Virus record (IMG/VR): IMGVR_UViG_3300025015_000047
Span: 1-48,636 of that record
Source: a virus
Taxonomy: Duplodnaviria > Caudoviricetes
DNA length: 48,636 bases
Strand: one strand, 5' to 3'
Below the pieces are notes generated by a model. That model saw nothing but the letters and a program-made list of their open reading frames with translations, made no database searches and was not told the DNA's origin. Positions 37,301 to 46,384 of this stretch are shown here, piece by piece (the first letter of the stretch is position 1; each line of letters starts with the position of its first letter). Position numbers and translations under genes: made by a program.

Positions 37301-40160
37301 CATACAGGCGCAGGTAGGTTGCGGCTCGGGCGGTGACTTCGGTCCCCTCCCAGATGGCCCCTAAACCTCCAAGCCAGCCGTTCCAGGCCGGTATCCGTCC
37401 GTGGCGCACTCCCTCCTCAGCACCCATGCGGAACCACTCTACGAAGTTCCTTGGTAGACGGCCCTCGAGTGCCAGATCCTCTAGGCTACGGCCCCCAAGT
37501 TGGGTCGAATGTAGGACCATCCTAAGATCCTCGGGGAAGAAGGTCCCAAGTTCCTGGAATCTGGCCAGAATTGTGTCCAAGGACTGGAAAGGGTTTGAGC
37601 CCGTGATGATGGCTTTGAAGTAGGTATCAATGATGTTGTTGATGACAAAGGAAGGCCGGGCTCTCAGCACCATTGTCGTCCAGAAGCTCATGAACCCCTG
37701 ATAGGTGTCGTTGATAGCCACCATCGCCCGTACCAAGCCACTAACGTTGGATGAAGGGCGCACCATCACACCTTCGAGCCGACCAATCGCATCCTCAGGG
37801 ATCCCGTGAAGATCCCAAACGTTATCTATGTTTCTTGAGAAGTCACGAAATAGTTGTTGTGGATCAACACTATCCAGACCTAGCTCTCTCAGAATTCGAC
37901 GCACTCTCCCAATCGTGGCCGGCTCGTTGGTTTGGTGATACGCCCAAGCAATCAGACCCTCATCCAAATACCGAGTCCCCCGTGCTCCCCCAAGCCCCGG
38001 AAGAACTCTCAACTCCAAATACCTCTGCCGGAAGCGTTCGGAAAGCGCGTGCACTAGGCTCCGAGGCTCACTGGCAAACGCATTGGCCGAGCGGACCAGT
38101 TCCAGATCAGTTGCCGCAGTCCGTCCCGCCCCAGCCTCCCGACGCAAAACGACTAGCCGAGCCTCCGCTACCTCATCGGCGGCATCCGATACCATTGCAA
38201 CAAACTGCCGCTCCGTAAAGGGGGCAGCTTCGGTTCCTAGTCTCTCAATGAGTCCCCTGAACCGTCTCATCAGGTTGTCGGTCAGGCCATACCGTACCCG
38301 CTCGACGCCGGTCATCGGATTCGTCCTATCAAACATCCGATGAATAACATGCAACATCCCATCCGTCCCCGTCACCCGCTCCGTAGCGCGGGCGATCGTG
38401 CCCATAATGCGCCCACCCCATGACCGACCCCAAACATACGAAGCCGATAGATGTGCCATCCCTCTGAAGATCTCTCGGGCAGCCACAAATCCCCGCCCCA
38501 CGACCGGGGCGTGTTCCGCCATCTCCCATGCCGCCCGAACCCCCTTCCCAAGAGCCCCACCCAATGACCTTACAATATCATCAGCAAACGGGATGGAAAC
38601 ATAGTTGAATACGTCCGTGAGGCCCTGCCAAGCAAACTCCAGACCTTGGTCCGCATTGACCATCGTAAGCTGGCGCATCTCGTCTTGGCCAGGCAAGCGT
38701 CCCTGTTGAAGAATGAATAACCAGATGTTTCGGTTATCGGCCTCCCATCGCTCCTGGCCGTCCGCCAAAAACATGTAACTGGCTGTCCATCCACCCATTC
38801 CAACCGAATGGAACTCGGGATCATACGAGTCCCGCAAGGCCCCAACCGCCGCAGATCCCCTCTCAAACAGAGCGTTCATTTCATCTTGTGCCTGACGCCC
38901 GCTTGTCCACCTAATTATGCTTTTGGGGTCCATCCATCGATTGTACTGGTCCACAAGGTCCTGAATATCCTCCATGCGCCGAAGTGGGGCATCCCGGATT
39001 TCAACAGATTCTTGGATAATCTCCTCGGTCATCTCCGGGGAGACGCCCGACAACAACATCGTCTGACGAGCCCCATCCAGGTCGTCCGCTCGGATCTGAT
39101 TTATCACATGATGGCGAGATACCCCAAGCAGTTCGTCATGGGGCACTGGAGATTCAACCTCTTCACTAAAGACGGACTTGACCACCTCCACAATAGCAGC
39201 CGGAATCTCGGCTTCCAGCAATCCAACGAAGTTGGTTACATCTTGCGAGAACGTCTGCCACCCCGCGTCTTCTTCTAGTCTCTCAACAAAGGGAGCCTGC
39301 TCTATTGGCTCCTGACGTATTTCTCCGACGCCGGCCCGCCCACTTATCAACGCACGCGGCTCGGCACTCAAAGTGTAGGCCGGCTGAAAATACGTCCTCA
39401 AAATACCAGGAATCGCATTCTTGATAAGAGACCAATCCACTATGAGCCCACGCCAAGAAATGGAGGACGTTTTTACGAGGAAGTTTACGACAGGGTTCCG
39501 CCTACGCAACTCAATCCAGTCCTGCATCCGATTGAAGGTTAGGCGGTTCCACAAAGAGCCGGCATGTTGTAATAGATCCCGATCCTCAAAAGGCTGTACG
39601 GAGAATGTTCTTAGTTCCGTCTCTCCTCGATGGTACAGATAAACACTCTCACCCGAGGCCGGCGGTCGTCCTGTGATGCCCAGCGCCGATGGGAAGTTCA
39701 GCCACCCATTTTCTCGAAGAACCCCCCTTTGTGTCACCAGATGTTGGTATTCCCTCATCCGTTCTGAGTTTTCAATCCCCTCTAGGTTCCCCTCCGCCTC
39801 CATCTGTGAAATCTGGTTGTTGATCTCCACTACGTCCCAGTTCTGAGGACCTGCCGGACGAATGACGTGCCCGCCCGCCAAAATCGCTTCTGGGATCTGA
39901 GCATGTTCGGGTGGGGCCGCCTCCGCCTCCATAGGAATCTCTCCGACCCGCGGGCCGGGTTTTCCCCGGACCAAGGACATTGGAGACCATGCCCCCTGGG
40001 CAGGAGGAGCCCCCTGGGCGGGATGAAGAAGAAGAGAATCCGCGGGCCGTCTCTTTGGCCCCGGATCACCAGGCCCCTTTATCCCCCGACCCGTAGCAAC
40101 GTCCCTGAATTCCTTGGAGCGTGGATCCAGTCGAGGAAATCTCGATTGTTTGAGCGGCAT
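31353..40160 (-). CDS. Giant internal virion / DNA-ejection (polyvalent-type) protein, 2935 aa
   Basis: Very long helical ORF between portal and scaffold, with Pro/Ala linkers, a PFW.FPSR segment and a Gly-rich C-terminus. Confidence 0.7.
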   Translation of the reverse strand: MPLKQSRFPRLDPRSKEFRDVATGRGIKGPGDPGPKRRPADSLLLHPAQGAPPAQGAWSPMSLVRGKPGPRVGEIPMEAEAAPPEHAQIPEAILAGGHVIRPAGPQNWDVVEINNQISQMEAEGNLEGIENSERMREYQHLVTQRGVLRENGWLNFPSALGITGRPPASGESVYLYHRGETELRTFSVQPFEDRDLLQHAGSLWNRLTFNRMQDWIELRRRNPVVNFLVKTSSISWRGLIVDWSLIKNAIPGILRTYFQPAYTLSAEPRALISGRAGVGEIRQEPIEQAPFVERLEEDAGWQTFSQDVTNFVGLLEAEIPAAIVEVVKSVFSEEVESPVPHDELLGVSRHHVINQIRADDLDGARQTMLLSGVSPEMTEEIIQESVEIRDAPLRRMEDIQDLVDQYNRWMDPKSIIRWTSGRQAQDEMNALFERGSAAVGALRDSYDPEFHSVGMGGWTASYMFLADGQERWEADNRNIWLFILQQGRLPGQDEMRQLTMVNADQGLEFAWQGLTDVFNYVSIPFADDIVRSLGGALGKGVRAAWEMAEHAPVVGRGFVAAREIFRGMAHLSASYVWGRSWGGRIMGTIARATERVTGTDGMLHVIHRMFDRTNPMTGVERVRYGLTDNLMRRFRGLIERLGTEAAPFTERQFVAMVSDAADEVAEARLVVLRREAGAGRTAATDLELVRSANAFASEPRSLVHALSERFRQRYLELRVLPGLGGARGTRYLDEGLIAWAYHQTNEPATIGRVRRILRELGLDSVDPQQLFRDFSRNIDNVWDLHGIPEDAIGRLEGVMVRPSSNVSGLVRAMVAINDTYQGFMSFWTTMVLRARPSFVINNIIDTYFKAIITGSNPFQSLDTILARFQELGTFFPEDLRMVLHSTQLGGRSLEDLALEGRLPRNFVEWFRMGAEEGVRHGRIPAWNGWLGGLGAIWEGTEVTARAATYLRLYETDVSIMAHHLDNWLSAALLESQADPVASALLRSLRYRVSRSTTGYGIANPSRMTEVLDLLAGLRTRGRVPLILSEDLMNRMMNLLGNDPNARAAHAVIEQGVRDILQQGGTPEEIDRSIGQLFDDILAGFEEDQAAQNLQNLRNMPGADVPIDPERMNGAANAVDDAMEAGTLPEVPPDAPPPEAPAHPGPTQNVRPAPRETLTRSWRAGHRQAEITFASDVQRDLYDAGSKLSRTMRGQNPLPASEARAAIASVAGRLGISEDDASALATRVYRDIRDQMRGIADGEARVVVDNVGLPSRAAVEAAPTAIPERIRVEGPTGVWEGTRGEAQAELQRLEDILLGEGAYEEGMQEFYLMREDARLLREALDAMPAAPTAAPEVTVTPAAAPEAVDIPPGRNLLDEADAGLRDDIGRLRADGNEAGAQQLNELFSEEGPSIRRDAARAGAQMGRTSAALSNLRADLNEAAQGALQAARTAADVTASRLALEQAAQLNLQSLYLGDLDLALGRFARVGDHRNWVLAWALNVPYSPRTRNMRWRQVYEIIAGEYRAADTILTRALEESQHLMQADPAAFQALVESGELFTPRSFLEAAGYTIELNPDGSLRVLSHTGGAFTTVSSTWGSVPNEFLRGLGFNGTAASPEVATWLDTPVRTLRNQQGELLGAAELIAREQAEAAERIARATRPVTVPEAPPPPSLRQIADRNRELAEHQGLRVVYHGQPDPSAQPGRFGRFGGTLTDAEGYAGLRVGTWTDHQERIRVAYVTEQQYQDGRRAAIRYEFEHGQGVNNVTVAPGPDYERRLQEAIDAATSRTDQPYRYVLFPEGSVEWLPLDASPPGVQAPAPEVAQARAAAQASLQARQENLRRGVWGEMIGPNVQEPFSFDSGRSVNDLYGGQRLPDGRMATDSFDNLAEHLRMRMHAYAAAGDFRREAQIERHLEELISAWEARIMREAEREGIPMGLGSRRFRYPSREMMDPNVVAYFRALDDQTAFVNQFRQLTDDIRSHIRNRMVEGDVLFRQLSPEQQTLIQRIGRGYVENMALGEEAVMSGGEFLGRNYRGVLEETNRIFIGYHQFSQFDRMMKNVVPFWMFPSRSIPFWLGAMVHDPELVGWYLRYMSNTSMVAWQHGFATSRGEPLPSMRGLIPLGNGMWWNPTGPLSMRYVFPNLDYYDLQEMTDQDVGFGTIATSIALRSLSMFGASPSPWVPLLFRVTGTLDADIYQPMGLLPQAQLIPPVANALLKRVARQTTFGRLAMELLDPDASYIDFLVEQQILISFLEQIADPSMTDAQRWALLDTAQNALDMYARGEDPAAQRLWEEAYGHIQTDDWLTATLGYFTGIYPRMHTDADARLLYTRAENARLRWAANDVLGAHMLELPKDIEQMWGIITSRINDVPANYAANLYTAFSWVRVPSGSEPYDPTRESPQAYYDRVSRVSSSYESVDGMSYNVIVAFNIESQRQRHEYMAEWERIRQVRDQALHALPAGNNPAVEIEIQRRYAAEVADLELRYPLAPRDWVIGYKPEQLVYEDFRNLWWHTLLDGAPSWDPDRYEVYADYQRDYQTWLDRLPAIAAPMMREMQTRFAEANFMNAALNRPEDLGLMLVAETNAAGLEQWRIETDDIHSAINYVWVHNFQERYYEEVGKATTPEGRELLERNFLRQFGPDGRPTEEDIIEWMQARYGDRFTVQDIRQGLYGRAILSMEDRQAQNAELRVGEAAAGRDERIWNLLNRVPPGAAYDDFMDTFRRNEGDDGWMEAFRRTTSTADWRNPEDAQQFEAILERTLRELGYNQPVGDEELASRSQAREEQDQFRGLVTGRLGEDFWTTFSWYMSLSQSERAAAREQDPTLSGLIDQYYAMKDMWGMSHPVWAQYYLGEVTTTRGGGGGGGGGGRRGGGGGTRTPTRRLSYIPLGYRGAAEGRELLQAGRRLGSGGAGGNLPPLGGASLTRSGGGGGTTGGLSPEEEELLAKMAEGQEKAKVRK

Positions 40161-40163
40161 AGG

Positions 40164-40364
40164 TTATTCCTTGGGAGCTTCGACCGTCACTTGCCGTGCG
40201 CGGGGAGGTTGGGTAACTTCCTTCATCAGGACCAGCACCACGTCCATGTTGAAGGGAGCCCACGCAACAACCTTGTATCCGTCCATACCAAACTCGTTCA
40301 GACTCTTCTCTGACTCTATGTTGTTGGTAGCCGTCACTCGGGTAATCTTGTACTCGTATTTCAT
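40164..40364 (-). CDS. Small hypothetical protein (DUF4177-like)
   Basis: MKYEYK....E..LNEFGMDGYKVV pattern. Confidence 0.55.
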   Translation of the reverse strand: MKYEYKITRVTATNNIESEKSLNEFGMDGYKVVAWAPFNMDVVLVLMKEVTQPPRARQVTVEAPKE

Positions 40365-40379
40365 CTCAGCCTCCTGGGG

Positions 40380-41447
40380 CTAGAAATATAGGTACTTCGA
40401 ACCACGAGCCCGGCCAAACGTCCCGGCCTGGGTCGTAGGTCGTAGATTGAAATTGGTAAAATAGGGCTGTGTTAGGGATTGTCCGAGAGGACCATAGGCA
40501 CCCAACTCCCCACCCTTAGCCGTAGCTAGCAAAGGATCCACATTAGAGAGCATCTCCATGTAGGATTGGCGTGTCTTGCCTCCGCCCGTTGATGTCACTC
40601 CACCCAGAACGTCCTGGAGCCACCGATACCCGGCCCCCAACTTGCTTGCATCCCCTCCAGCCTCGGATGCAATGAGATTAGACAGGGTTTGGATAGCGTC
40701 CTGCGATCGCTGGGTTCCCATGAAGTATGACGTGTCCTGCTTACGTCCTTCCATGAAGGCAAAGTCTCTTTCCTCCCAAGCATCTCCGCCCGTCACAGAC
40801 TCAGGGGAGTAGGGGGTAAGATCCTTCCCCCAAACCGTGTACAGTTGGTTTGCAACCCTCGCCTGGTCCTCTGGAGATAGATAGGGGATCAGGGCATTCG
40901 CCATCACCGTCCAGGCTACGTCCGGCTGGTCCATCAGGGCACGATCGGTCGGAACCCAAGGCTTCCACCAAGCCGGGACATTCGGCCCCGCAGCCTGATA
41001 GGTCCCCGTTGTCCACGAGATGGTAGGCGCAGCACCTCCGCCCCCACCATCGCCACCCCAGCCCCCATCACCCCCACCTCCCCCAAGGTACTCTTTGGGG
41101 GGCATAAAACCTGGCATCTTCCCTCCCATAATCTCGGGCGGGGTATATTGGGAAGGGCCACCACTCCAGTTCACTGCTTCCTGGTTCCACCAATCGGGGC
41201 TCATTGAGGTCCCTAAATAGGAACGACGCCATTGACTGACCTCTCCAAAGGGGGTCAGGCTGCTCGGGCGGATGACATCAGCCCTCTCTCCAGGCAGAAC
41301 TGGAACATCTGATCTAGTCTCATCCCGGAAGTATCTAGGGCTTGTTGTCCTTGGCGCAGTGTACGTAGTGCCTCTTGGTGAACGTGTAGTCGTCGTGCGC
41401 CTAGACGACTTATAGGCAGGTGCAAAATCACCCGTTGTCCTTGGCAT
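40380..41447 (-). CDS. Putative internal virion protein
   Basis: Thr/Arg-rich N-terminus, Gly run; lies between portal and the giant protein. Confidence 0.5.
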   Translation of the reverse strand: MPRTTGDFAPAYKSSRRTTTTRSPRGTTYTAPRTTSPRYFRDETRSDVPVLPGERADVIRPSSLTPFGEVSQWRRSYLGTSMSPDWWNQEAVNWSGGPSQYTPPEIMGGKMPGFMPPKEYLGGGGGDGGWGGDGGGGGAAPTISWTTGTYQAAGPNVPAWWKPWVPTDRALMDQPDVAWTVMANALIPYLSPEDQARVANQLYTVWGKDLTPYSPESVTGGDAWEERDFAFMEGRKQDTSYFMGTQRSQDAIQTLSNLIASEAGGDASKLGAGYRWLQDVLGGVTSTGGGKTRQSYMEMLSNVDPLLATAKGGELGAYGPLGQSLTQPYFTNFNLRPTTQAGTFGRARGSKYLYF

Positions 41448-41646
41448 TGTGGGCCTTCCTTTTCTCCATGTCGATCAAGTACCGCTCGACCTGCTCATCC
41501 CCATAATGCTCTCGCAGAGTCTTGATGCTGTCCGGAGATATCTTCATATAGAAGTCAAGATCCGGGTCCATTGCCATCCCGGCCTGGCCCTTGAGCATGT
41601 TCAGGGCCTTCTTGTAGTTGCCTTTCATCCGTGCGAGATTGTTCAC
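41428..41646 (-). CDS. Small hypothetical protein
   Basis: Start overlaps the portal stop codon. Confidence 0.5.
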   Translation of the reverse strand: MNNLARMKGNYKKALNMLKGQAGMAMDPDLDFYMKISPDSIKTLREHYGDEQVERYLIDMEKRKAHNAKDNG

Positions 41647-43556
41647 TGAACTCCTCCTGTCAGCATCCCAGGAGCCGCATTCGCCAGAGCATCCATCATG
41701 TCCGTGGCTGCCTGGCCTGGGGCTTCCCCACCTGCCTGTTGCCTAGTTGGCTGGCCAGTCGACCCCATCCCGCCCATCATCTGCTCAGGGTTGCTAGGCT
41801 CCTTGGGCCGCCCAGGCTCCCCAGACAACTGTCCCTGCTGCATCATCACCAGGACTTGCTGGGCAATCTCATCGCCCTCATCAGCCGCTTCCTTCAGGGC
41901 CGCCATGACGGCATACTGTTTGAAGGCTGGGTGCTGGGTTGCCTGCCACTGGATCAGCTTGTCAACCTCATCATCCGGCTGCTCAATGTCCAGGTACCGC
42001 TCCATGATCGTCCAAGGAGACAGCCAAGGGGCGGCCTGCGTCGCCATGGCGTGGTTGCGTACCTGATCGTTAGGGAACTTGGGCTTGATATAGGCCCGCA
42101 CCAGATACTCGGATACTTCCTGCCCAAATATCTGCTCAACGAAGTCCTTGCCTCGCATCCGCCCATAGGCTCGTATCATCGAGCCGGCACCAAAGGTTGC
42201 AATCAGCCGTAGGACCTTCCGGCCCCATTCCGACCACATCCGCTCCAGATGCCGAACCGGCTGCTCCAACCGAATGCGGTTCTGGTCTCCCATCTGGGAC
42301 AGGGCGTAACCGGCGACTTGTCCGGTCCCCGATCCAAACATCACATCTGCAAACCCGGACTGCTGAAGCCTGGCCCTTAGGTAGTTGATTTGCTGATCAA
42401 CATCCGGCGGGTTGCCGGGCCATTTGGGAAACTCTAGACTCTCGTCCGGGGTCAACTCCACAACTTTGGTTAGGCCGGGGTCGATGTCTACTCCACGGCC
42501 CGCCGCTACCCTCGCAACCATAGGCATCCCGGTATATACCTTGACCTGATGCATCCTACGGTTGACAGATTTCTCCAAGAAATCAATAGTTCCCTCTAAA
42601 GGTCGGATGATGCTGTCGAACCCAACAGGGTCTAGTTTCCTTGTAGGTTTGAACTTGCCAATCTCGAAGGGGAGATCTTCGTACCCATCAGCGATCGCCA
42701 ATGGCCACATCACCTCGCCCGAGTACGTCAGGGCGTGCTGGATCACTTCCTTCTTGACTGTGTAGACCTCCGGCTGTCCCAGGACGGGATTGAATCTTGG
42801 CATCCCATCCGGACCAATAACCGGCTGCTCGATCTCCATCTCTGTTCGGCACCAGTAGTCCACCAATTCGGCCTTGGAGGCCAAGTCCATCTTTTGTGAT
42901 AGACTCCAGGTGGCGTACTTCGGAGGCAACATCCCGAATTCCTGCTCAACCTGATAGGGGCTCATCTGAACGATCCGGAAGATGTGATCGAACCCGCCCT
43001 TCCCGCCAGGAATGAACTTGATCTCCGTAGCGTCCAAAACCTTGAGGCACATAGGCGGGGTCTTATAGACCTGGATCGGCTCTCCAGTCTTAGGATGCTG
43101 CCCCATCGTCTTCTCGGATTCATCAAGTTTGGGATCCCAAACCGTATAGAGCACAGACGACCCATCCCGGCAGGCTTGCAGGATGCTCTCATACTGAATA
43201 TCGTAGCCCTCCCGCTCCGATGCAACATCCACTAGACCCACCAGGAACTTCTCGATCCGGCTGGTATCCTCCCGCTCCCCATGCGATGGGCTGAAGCCTA
43301 AAGCCCGGAACTCCAGACCGTTGGCCATAATGATCCCGACTGCCAAGTCTGTAACGTTGGTGGCGGTAGGGTCGGGGAACCTTTCCTCTCCAGCCTTGGG
43401 CTGTCCTTTGTAGTGGTCAAACTCATACAGACGACGCCACCGACGAATGTTCTCGTGCCAAGGGTTGGAGAATTTCTCCGCCTCAACTCGGTACTTCACG
43501 ATAGCATCAAGGGTTCTCTTGTTGTCAACTGAGTTTTGATCAAGATAAACTGACAT
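41643..43556 (-). CDS. Portal (head-tail connector) protein
   Basis: 637 aa directly after TerL; helical, with a Gln/Met/Gly/Pro-rich C-terminal tail typical of podoviral portals. Confidence 0.8.
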   Translation of the reverse strand: MSVYLDQNSVDNKRTLDAIVKYRVEAEKFSNPWHENIRRWRRLYEFDHYKGQPKAGEERFPDPTATNVTDLAVGIIMANGLEFRALGFSPSHGEREDTSRIEKFLVGLVDVASEREGYDIQYESILQACRDGSSVLYTVWDPKLDESEKTMGQHPKTGEPIQVYKTPPMCLKVLDATEIKFIPGGKGGFDHIFRIVQMSPYQVEQEFGMLPPKYATWSLSQKMDLASKAELVDYWCRTEMEIEQPVIGPDGMPRFNPVLGQPEVYTVKKEVIQHALTYSGEVMWPLAIADGYEDLPFEIGKFKPTRKLDPVGFDSIIRPLEGTIDFLEKSVNRRMHQVKVYTGMPMVARVAAGRGVDIDPGLTKVVELTPDESLEFPKWPGNPPDVDQQINYLRARLQQSGFADVMFGSGTGQVAGYALSQMGDQNRIRLEQPVRHLERMWSEWGRKVLRLIATFGAGSMIRAYGRMRGKDFVEQIFGQEVSEYLVRAYIKPKFPNDQVRNHAMATQAAPWLSPWTIMERYLDIEQPDDEVDKLIQWQATQHPAFKQYAVMAALKEAADEGDEIAQQVLVMMQQGQLSGEPGRPKEPSNPEQMMGGMGSTGQPTRQQAGGEAPGQAATDMMDALANAAPGMLTGGVQ

Positions 43557-43559
43557 TGA

Positions 43560-45095
43560 TTACCTCTTATCCCGCAACGGCTCGGGTAGCATCGACTGGT
43601 CTATGTAGTTTGCGTCCCAGCCTGTTGCATCCGAGAACGGGGATTCGATCCGAATCCGGTTGCTCGTATCAATACCCCCTACCTTCACCACATAGTAAGA
43701 CGCCATGGCCATGGCTACCGCGGCATCGATAGGGTAGGTGGATTCCTTATCCTTGACCAAACGGAACCCACGCTCGTCTACCTTCGCTTTGGCGAAATGG
43801 ACATGCTGACGAAGTTGGTCATCAGGGTAGACGGCCATGATCCCCTGCCGGAATAGGTCATACATGTTCTGCGTTGCCGCAATCATGTTGGTGGAGCTTT
43901 GTGTAAACTCCACTAGAGGCAGACCCCGTTTGTGTAAAGTCACCATCGAACGGTGGAATTGGGACGGATCGTAAACAATCGCGGCTACTTTGAATGCCTT
44001 CGCCATTTGTATGATCCACGCCTCAATCGTCTCCTCAAGATCCAATCCAATCATCCCTGGGGGCGGGGTCCATATCCGGTGGAAGCCCAGCCCGACCTGG
44101 GGCCTCATCATATCGTAGTACATCCCCAGCCCAGCCGTGCAGTCGTGCTTGACCCCAATATCCACCCCAATCACCATTGGCAGTGTCCTGGCGGGGTTCT
44201 GGGGCTGAAGCATTAGCGGTGCCGTAAGGGTCGTACACTTGTCGTACCATTCGATCGGCATGAACTGCTCTTCTGTCGTCACCCACTCGACCCGGTGCAT
44301 CCTCAGGAAGTCCGAGGGACGAAGGCTCTGCATCTCGGTCTCGTAATACTCCGGAGTCTGCCAAGGCATCCTGGGCTCATGGTCCCAATAGCAGAACGTC
44401 CCACCGCTCTCATAACAAACCGGACCCTTGGAGTCCGTGATGTCCTTCAATTCCTCAACGACCGTCCCATTCTTCACAACCTTGTTGTACATATCGAGAA
44501 GCAAGTTCGGAGATTCGTTCTCATACCCAGCGTAAGTTACGATAACTTGGATTGGATTCTTGACTGTTGGAGGGATGGTCATCTCAGCCCACATCCGCAT
44601 TGCATCCTCACTCGTGTAGGCCCACAACTCATCAAACAACGTACATCCAGGTTGAGCGCCTGCCGCCGACCGATAGTGCTTCGCAAGCACCTTGACAAAC
44701 GAGCCGTTGGGGAGGTCAATACGGAACTTCTGGGTCCGCGACCGGTCAGATGGAGGAAGTTCCTCATTCTCGTGATCGAAATGCCAACGCATCGCAGCGA
44801 ACACCCGCGCCTCCGCCTGCTCTATGTCATTGGCGCAAACATACACTTCACTTCCAGGCGGCCCGACCTCCCGGATGTACCAAGTACCAATAGCAGCCGC
44901 CAGCAGGGTCTTCCCAGACTTCTTAGGACACGCCCAAATGATGCGCCTATATGGTAATGTCCCATCCTCCTTTGGTGTCAGACAGTGGCGAAGGATCCTC
45001 TCGGCTATGGGGAATAGCTCATAGTGACCGCTATCCACAACCTCTGAACTACATAAGAACCCGTTGTCCTTCACCCAGTCCACGAAGCCCCGCAT
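43560..45095 (-). CDS. terL: Terminase large subunit
   Basis: Walker A CPKKSGKT, AND.EQA, Walker B LFDELW, VTYAG, nuclease GVDIGVKHDCT, YDP, IDAAVAMAMA. Confidence 0.93.
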   Translation of the reverse strand: MRGFVDWVKDNGFLCSSEVVDSGHYELFPIAERILRHCLTPKEDGTLPYRRIIWACPKKSGKTLLAAAIGTWYIREVGPPGSEVYVCANDIEQAEARVFAAMRWHFDHENEELPPSDRSRTQKFRIDLPNGSFVKVLAKHYRSAAGAQPGCTLFDELWAYTSEDAMRMWAEMTIPPTVKNPIQVIVTYAGYENESPNLLLDMYNKVVKNGTVVEELKDITDSKGPVCYESGGTFCYWDHEPRMPWQTPEYYETEMQSLRPSDFLRMHRVEWVTTEEQFMPIEWYDKCTTLTAPLMLQPQNPARTLPMVIGVDIGVKHDCTAGLGMYYDMMRPQVGLGFHRIWTPPPGMIGLDLEETIEAWIIQMAKAFKVAAIVYDPSQFHRSMVTLHKRGLPLVEFTQSSTNMIAATQNMYDLFRQGIMAVYPDDQLRQHVHFAKAKVDERGFRLVKDKESTYPIDAAVAMAMASYYVVKVGGIDTSNRIRIESPFSDATGWDANYIDQSMLPEPLRDKR

Positions 45096-45490
45096 TACAA
45101 CATCCCCCTTCCGTGATAGCCGAGTCCAAACAATCGGGCGATGGTACCCTTGCGATAGTCCTGGAGGGAAGTCCTCTTCATCGCATTACACGCCCTACAC
45201 AAAGGCTGCAAGTTGTCAAGTCCCTTCTTGCCCCCCTCATCGATCGGGATCACGTGGTCCCGCTCTAGATTGTCTCTCGACCCGCACCGCAAGCACCTAT
45301 GGTCAAAGATACGCAAGCACCATTCCCAGTCGTCATTGTTGAAGTCGGCGCTTACTCTCTTGCGCCGCTTCCCTGTGTTGTACCCACTTCCTACCTTCTT
45401 GGAATACCACTCCTTGTTCTGGGCCTTCCGCTCTTCTTTGTGCGTTTCGTAGTACCGCTTCAGGGTGGCCTTCCTGGAGGCCGTAGTCAT
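45095..45490 (-). CDS. HNH endonuclease
   Basis: CLRCG...LERDHVIPI..GG...DNLQPLCRACNAMK. Confidence 0.9.
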   Translation of the reverse strand: MTTASRKATLKRYYETHKEERKAQNKEWYSKKVGSGYNTGKRRKRVSADFNNDDWEWCLRIFDHRCLRCGSRDNLERDHVIPIDEGGKKGLDNLQPLCRACNAMKRTSLQDYRKGTIARLFGLGYHGRGML

Positions 45491-45741
45491 TACTCAATCC
45501 ACCGATAGTGCTCATGGCCCGACTTGCCACACCAGACCTGAACCTGCAATCTTCCATCAGACAGGAGCCATTCATGACGACGCAGCCGCTTCCCACAGTC
45601 AATACAGATATCCATCTCTCCATTGAAGAAGTATCTCTCCTCGTCCGTCAATGGACGAGCAGCTCGCCCCGCCATACAGGTCGTGACCAACATCGCTAGG
45701 AAGAGGAAGACTGCGACCGAGATTCCCGCGCCGTCGCTCAC
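45490..45741 (-). CDS. Small membrane-anchored zinc-ribbon protein
   Basis: N-terminal hydrophobic helix; CIDC...C..SGH. Confidence 0.5.
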   Translation of the reverse strand: MSDGAGISVAVFLFLAMLVTTCMAGRAARPLTDEERYFFNGEMDICIDCGKRLRRHEWLLSDGRLQVQVWCGKSGHEHYRWIE

Positions 45742-45890
45742 TTCTTCTCCTTCTTCACAGTGCTCCAGAGCTTCTTGAAATAGGGCATAGCCGCTTCCCG
45801 ACTTGGGTACGGCTTGGCGTTCTTGCGTTCACCGGTCTCAGAGTTGACTACGTAGTAGCCATTCCCAGACTTTATGATCTTGTAGGGCAC
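45738..45890 (-). CDS. 50-aa basic protein absent from the ORF track
   Basis: Translated by hand: MPYKIIKSGNGYYVVNSETGERKNAKPYPSREAAMPYFKKLWSTVKKEKK; exactly fills the gap and overlaps the next start (GTGA). Confidence 0.7.
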   Translation of the reverse strand: MPYKIIKSGNGYYVVNSETGERKNAKPYPSREAAMPYFKKLWSTVKKEKK

Positions 45891-46346
45891 CTACTGTGGG
45901 GCTCCTCCCCCTGTTAGAGCCGTCCATAGTTCCATCAAACGTGCCGGCAAATCCCCACGAATACTCCTGTCTAGTTGTCCACCAGGGCCGTAGGTTTGCA
46001 TCGCCTCCCTGTTCGCAAGAATCGCCGGGTTCTTGAACGGTACAGGGTTGACGCGATTGGGGTCTTTCCCAATCCCATCACCTAACAGGTTCCGGGGACG
46101 GATCGAGGCCGGGCCAGGGGCTCGCCCCATAGTAGGAAGCATCCGCCGGATCCCTGGTCGGATCATGTTTGGGGAATACGGTACTTTCCCCCTCGAGGGG
46201 TCTTTCGTAGGACCCCCACCCCCGGCGCGAGGAGCAGGCGGCCTAATAACGGGCAGAGAGCCTGGCCGCGGGCTCATGCGGCTCTTAGACGGGTCCGGCC
46301 TCGGGGTAGGACTTCTATACGCGGCAGGATAAAGCATCTTGGCCAT
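45891..46346 (-). CDS. Pro/Arg-rich low-complexity protein
   Basis: GGAGG RBS; internal PxRP / KDP.R repeats. Confidence 0.55.
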   Translation of the reverse strand: MAKMLYPAAYRSPTPRPDPSKSRMSPRPGSLPVIRPPAPRAGGGGPTKDPSRGKVPYSPNMIRPGIRRMLPTMGRAPGPASIRPRNLLGDGIGKDPNRVNPVPFKNPAILANREAMQTYGPGGQLDRSIRGDLPARLMELWTALTGGGAPQ

Positions 46347-46384
46347 AGCAAACCTCCAAGGTAGTTATTGTCTAGTGTAGTCTA

